Assembly: GCA_963790025.1 (NCBI GenBank)
Contig: CAWBMP010000005.1
Location: 480,001-544,000 of the forward strand
Direction: 5' to 3'
Origin: Nitrospirota bacterium
Lineage (GTDB): Bacteria > Nitrospirota > Thermodesulfovibrionia > Thermodesulfovibrionales > Dissulfurispiraceae
DNA length: 64,000 nucleotides
Shown: positions 62,622-64,000 of the stretch, one piece after another
Position numbering within the stretch: position 1 is the first letter of the stretch
Layout of the letters: each line of letters starts with the position of its first letter
Program-made: the position numbers and the translations under genes
Notes under the pieces: model-generated
The model's database searches: none
What the model was told of the DNA's origin: nothing
What the model saw: only the letters and a program-made list of their open reading frames with translations

Positions 62622-63800
62622 TTAAGGTGTCTTAAGACGTTTATCGTAATCCTTATCCAGTTTCAGTTCCTCGATATCGGTGGTTTTTTCACCTTTGGCA
62701 CTCTTGATCATATCGACGCCTCTGCCCACAATGGCTTTTCTCGAAGCATACGCCATAGCTGTTTCTTCGGTTATCTGTCCTTCCCGGTAGAGCCTGATGA
62801 TGGCTTTGTCAAAGGTCTGCATGCCGTATGCGTCACCAGCCTCGATGATCTCATAAAATGTTCTACCCTCGGATTCGCCGTTTACTATAGATTCTTTGAC
62901 TCTTATATTGGTTTTCATGATTTCGACGGCCACTATTCTGCTGCCGCCTATTTTGGGCAACAGTCTCTGACTGGCCACCCATCGTATGGTATCGGCAAGG
63001 CGGTTTCGTATCTGCTTCTCCTCCTCCTGTTCAAACATCCCGATGATCCGGTTGATGGTCTGACCGGCGTCTATAGTATGGAGCGTGGCGAGGACAAGGT
63101 GGCCCGTTTCAGCAGCCGAAAGCCCTATCTCAACCGTTTCCCTGTCCCTCATTTCACCCACAAGTATGACCTTGGGGGCCTGGCGGAGTGCAGCTCTCAA
63201 CCCGTTGGCAAAAGTGTCGAAGTCCACGCCCATCTCCCTTTGGTTAAAGGTCGCCTTAATGTGCGGATGAGAAAATTCAACAGGGTCTTCAAGCGTTATT
63301 ACATGCACCGCCTCAGTCTCATTGATGAGTCTCAGTACCGCGGCCAGTGTTGTTGATTTGCCGGTCCCCGTTGCGCCGGTCACCAGAACCAGGCCGTTTT
63401 TCTCCGCCGCAATTTGCGCCAGGACTTCAGGCACTTTAAGTTCGCCAAGAGTGGGGATTGAGGTAGAAAGCTTTCTTAGAACTATGGAATATGAACCGCG
63501 CTGGGAGAATATGTTTACTCTGAACCGCGCTTTCCCGGGCACCGAATAAGAGAGATCGCACGATCCCTCGCGGACCAGCGTTTCAGTGAGGCGGCGGTCC
63601 GAGTTGATGAGATTCAGTGCGAGGACTTCAGTCTGAAAGGGAGTCAGATTGTCGAGTGATACCCCTGAAAAGGCGACAGCTGCCATCCGTCCAGCCGACT
63701 CAACCTGGGGCGGCTTTCCCACCGTAAAGTTGAGGTCGGATGCATGGGGGTGGCTGTCCAGCATAGTATTTAGAATGTAATCAAGCCCTGCTCTTCTCAT
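62622..63800 (-). CDS. pilT: PilT/PilU family type IV pilus retraction ATPase
   Basis: GATGTGKST, LEDPVEF, ALRQAPKVILVGEMRD, ETGHLVLATLHT, GMQTFD. Confidence 0.93.
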   Translation of the reverse strand: MRRAGLDYILNTMLDSHPHASDLNFTVGKPPQVESAGRMAAVAFSGVSLDNLTPFQTEVLALNLINSDRRLTETLVREGSCDLSYSVPGKARFRVNIFSQRGSYSIVLRKLSTSIPTLGELKVPEVLAQIAAEKNGLVLVTGATGTGKSTTLAAVLRLINETEAVHVITLEDPVEFSHPHIKATFNQREMGVDFDTFANGLRAALRQAPKVILVGEMRDRETVEIGLSAAETGHLVLATLHTIDAGQTINRIIGMFEQEEEKQIRNRLADTIRWVASQRLLPKIGGSRIVAVEIMKTNIRVKESIVNGESEGRTFYEIIEAGDAYGMQTFDKAIIRLYREGQITEETAMAYASRKAIVGRGVDMIKSAKGEKTTDIEELKLDKDYDKRLKTP

Positions 63801-63803
63801 AGT

Positions 63804-63938
63804 AAAAACCAGGTATAGGCAAAGGTTAAGGTTAAGAAAGTCAAAACATAGTTTAAATAGGTATAACGATGCATAACCATATGTTTTCTCCGTCTCATTT
63901 TTTTTCTTAACCTATACCTTACCCTTTACCTGTTTTTA
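63804..63938. repeat. Hexamer-built inverted repeat (AGGTAN family) with ~65-nt spacer
   Basis: AAAAACCAGGTATAGGCAAAGGTTAAGGTTAAGAAA...TTTCTTAACCTATACCTTACCCTTTACCTGTTTTT. Confidence 0.75.
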
Positions 63939-64000
63939 GAAATCCGGGGGCGGTTGCTTCAGGAACTGCACGAATTTTTGTTTGTCTATAGACTTGTCGT
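63936..64000 (-). CDS. 3' end of an upstream gene, probably a second PilT-family ATPase (partial)
   Basis: DKSIDKQKFVQFLKQPPPDF*; position directly upstream of pilT. Confidence 0.5.
   Translation of the reverse strand, partial: DKSIDKQKFVQFLKQPPPDF

Overview
64 kb of bacterial chromosome, most likely from an anaerobic Nitrospirota (Thermodesulfovibrionia-like) or deltaproteobacterial organism; this is inferred from gene content and has not been verified. Housekeeping genes flank the window: pheT on the left; mscS, zapA/zapB-like, slt, aroC, mlaC, an acyl-CoA synthetase, glgB and pilT-family genes on the right. The central ~45 kb has four main components. (i) A duplicated and partly decayed module of four TauE/TSUP membrane proteins, DUF1634, universal stress proteins, GntR regulators, a histidine kinase, a sigma-54 activator and a Lon protease with an inserted receiver domain. 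It includes two tandem 55-aa small proteins missed by the ORF track, behind a sigma-54 promoter. (ii) A ~20 kb accessory stretch with an AraC-linked oxidoreductase cluster, two broken REP-associated tyrosine transposases, AT-rich orphan ORFs, several pseudogenes and signalling genes. (iii) A radical-SAM/SPASM maturase with an unannotated 92-aa precursor peptide (41454-41732, minus) that reads through two in-frame UGA codons, each followed by a SECIS-like hairpin: a putative selenocysteine-containing RiPP locus (SbtA/SbtM type). (iv) A dispersed family of hexamer-built intergenic inverted repeats. No rRNA, tRNA or CRISPR array was recognised. All family assignments come from motif recognition by eye; no database searches were run.
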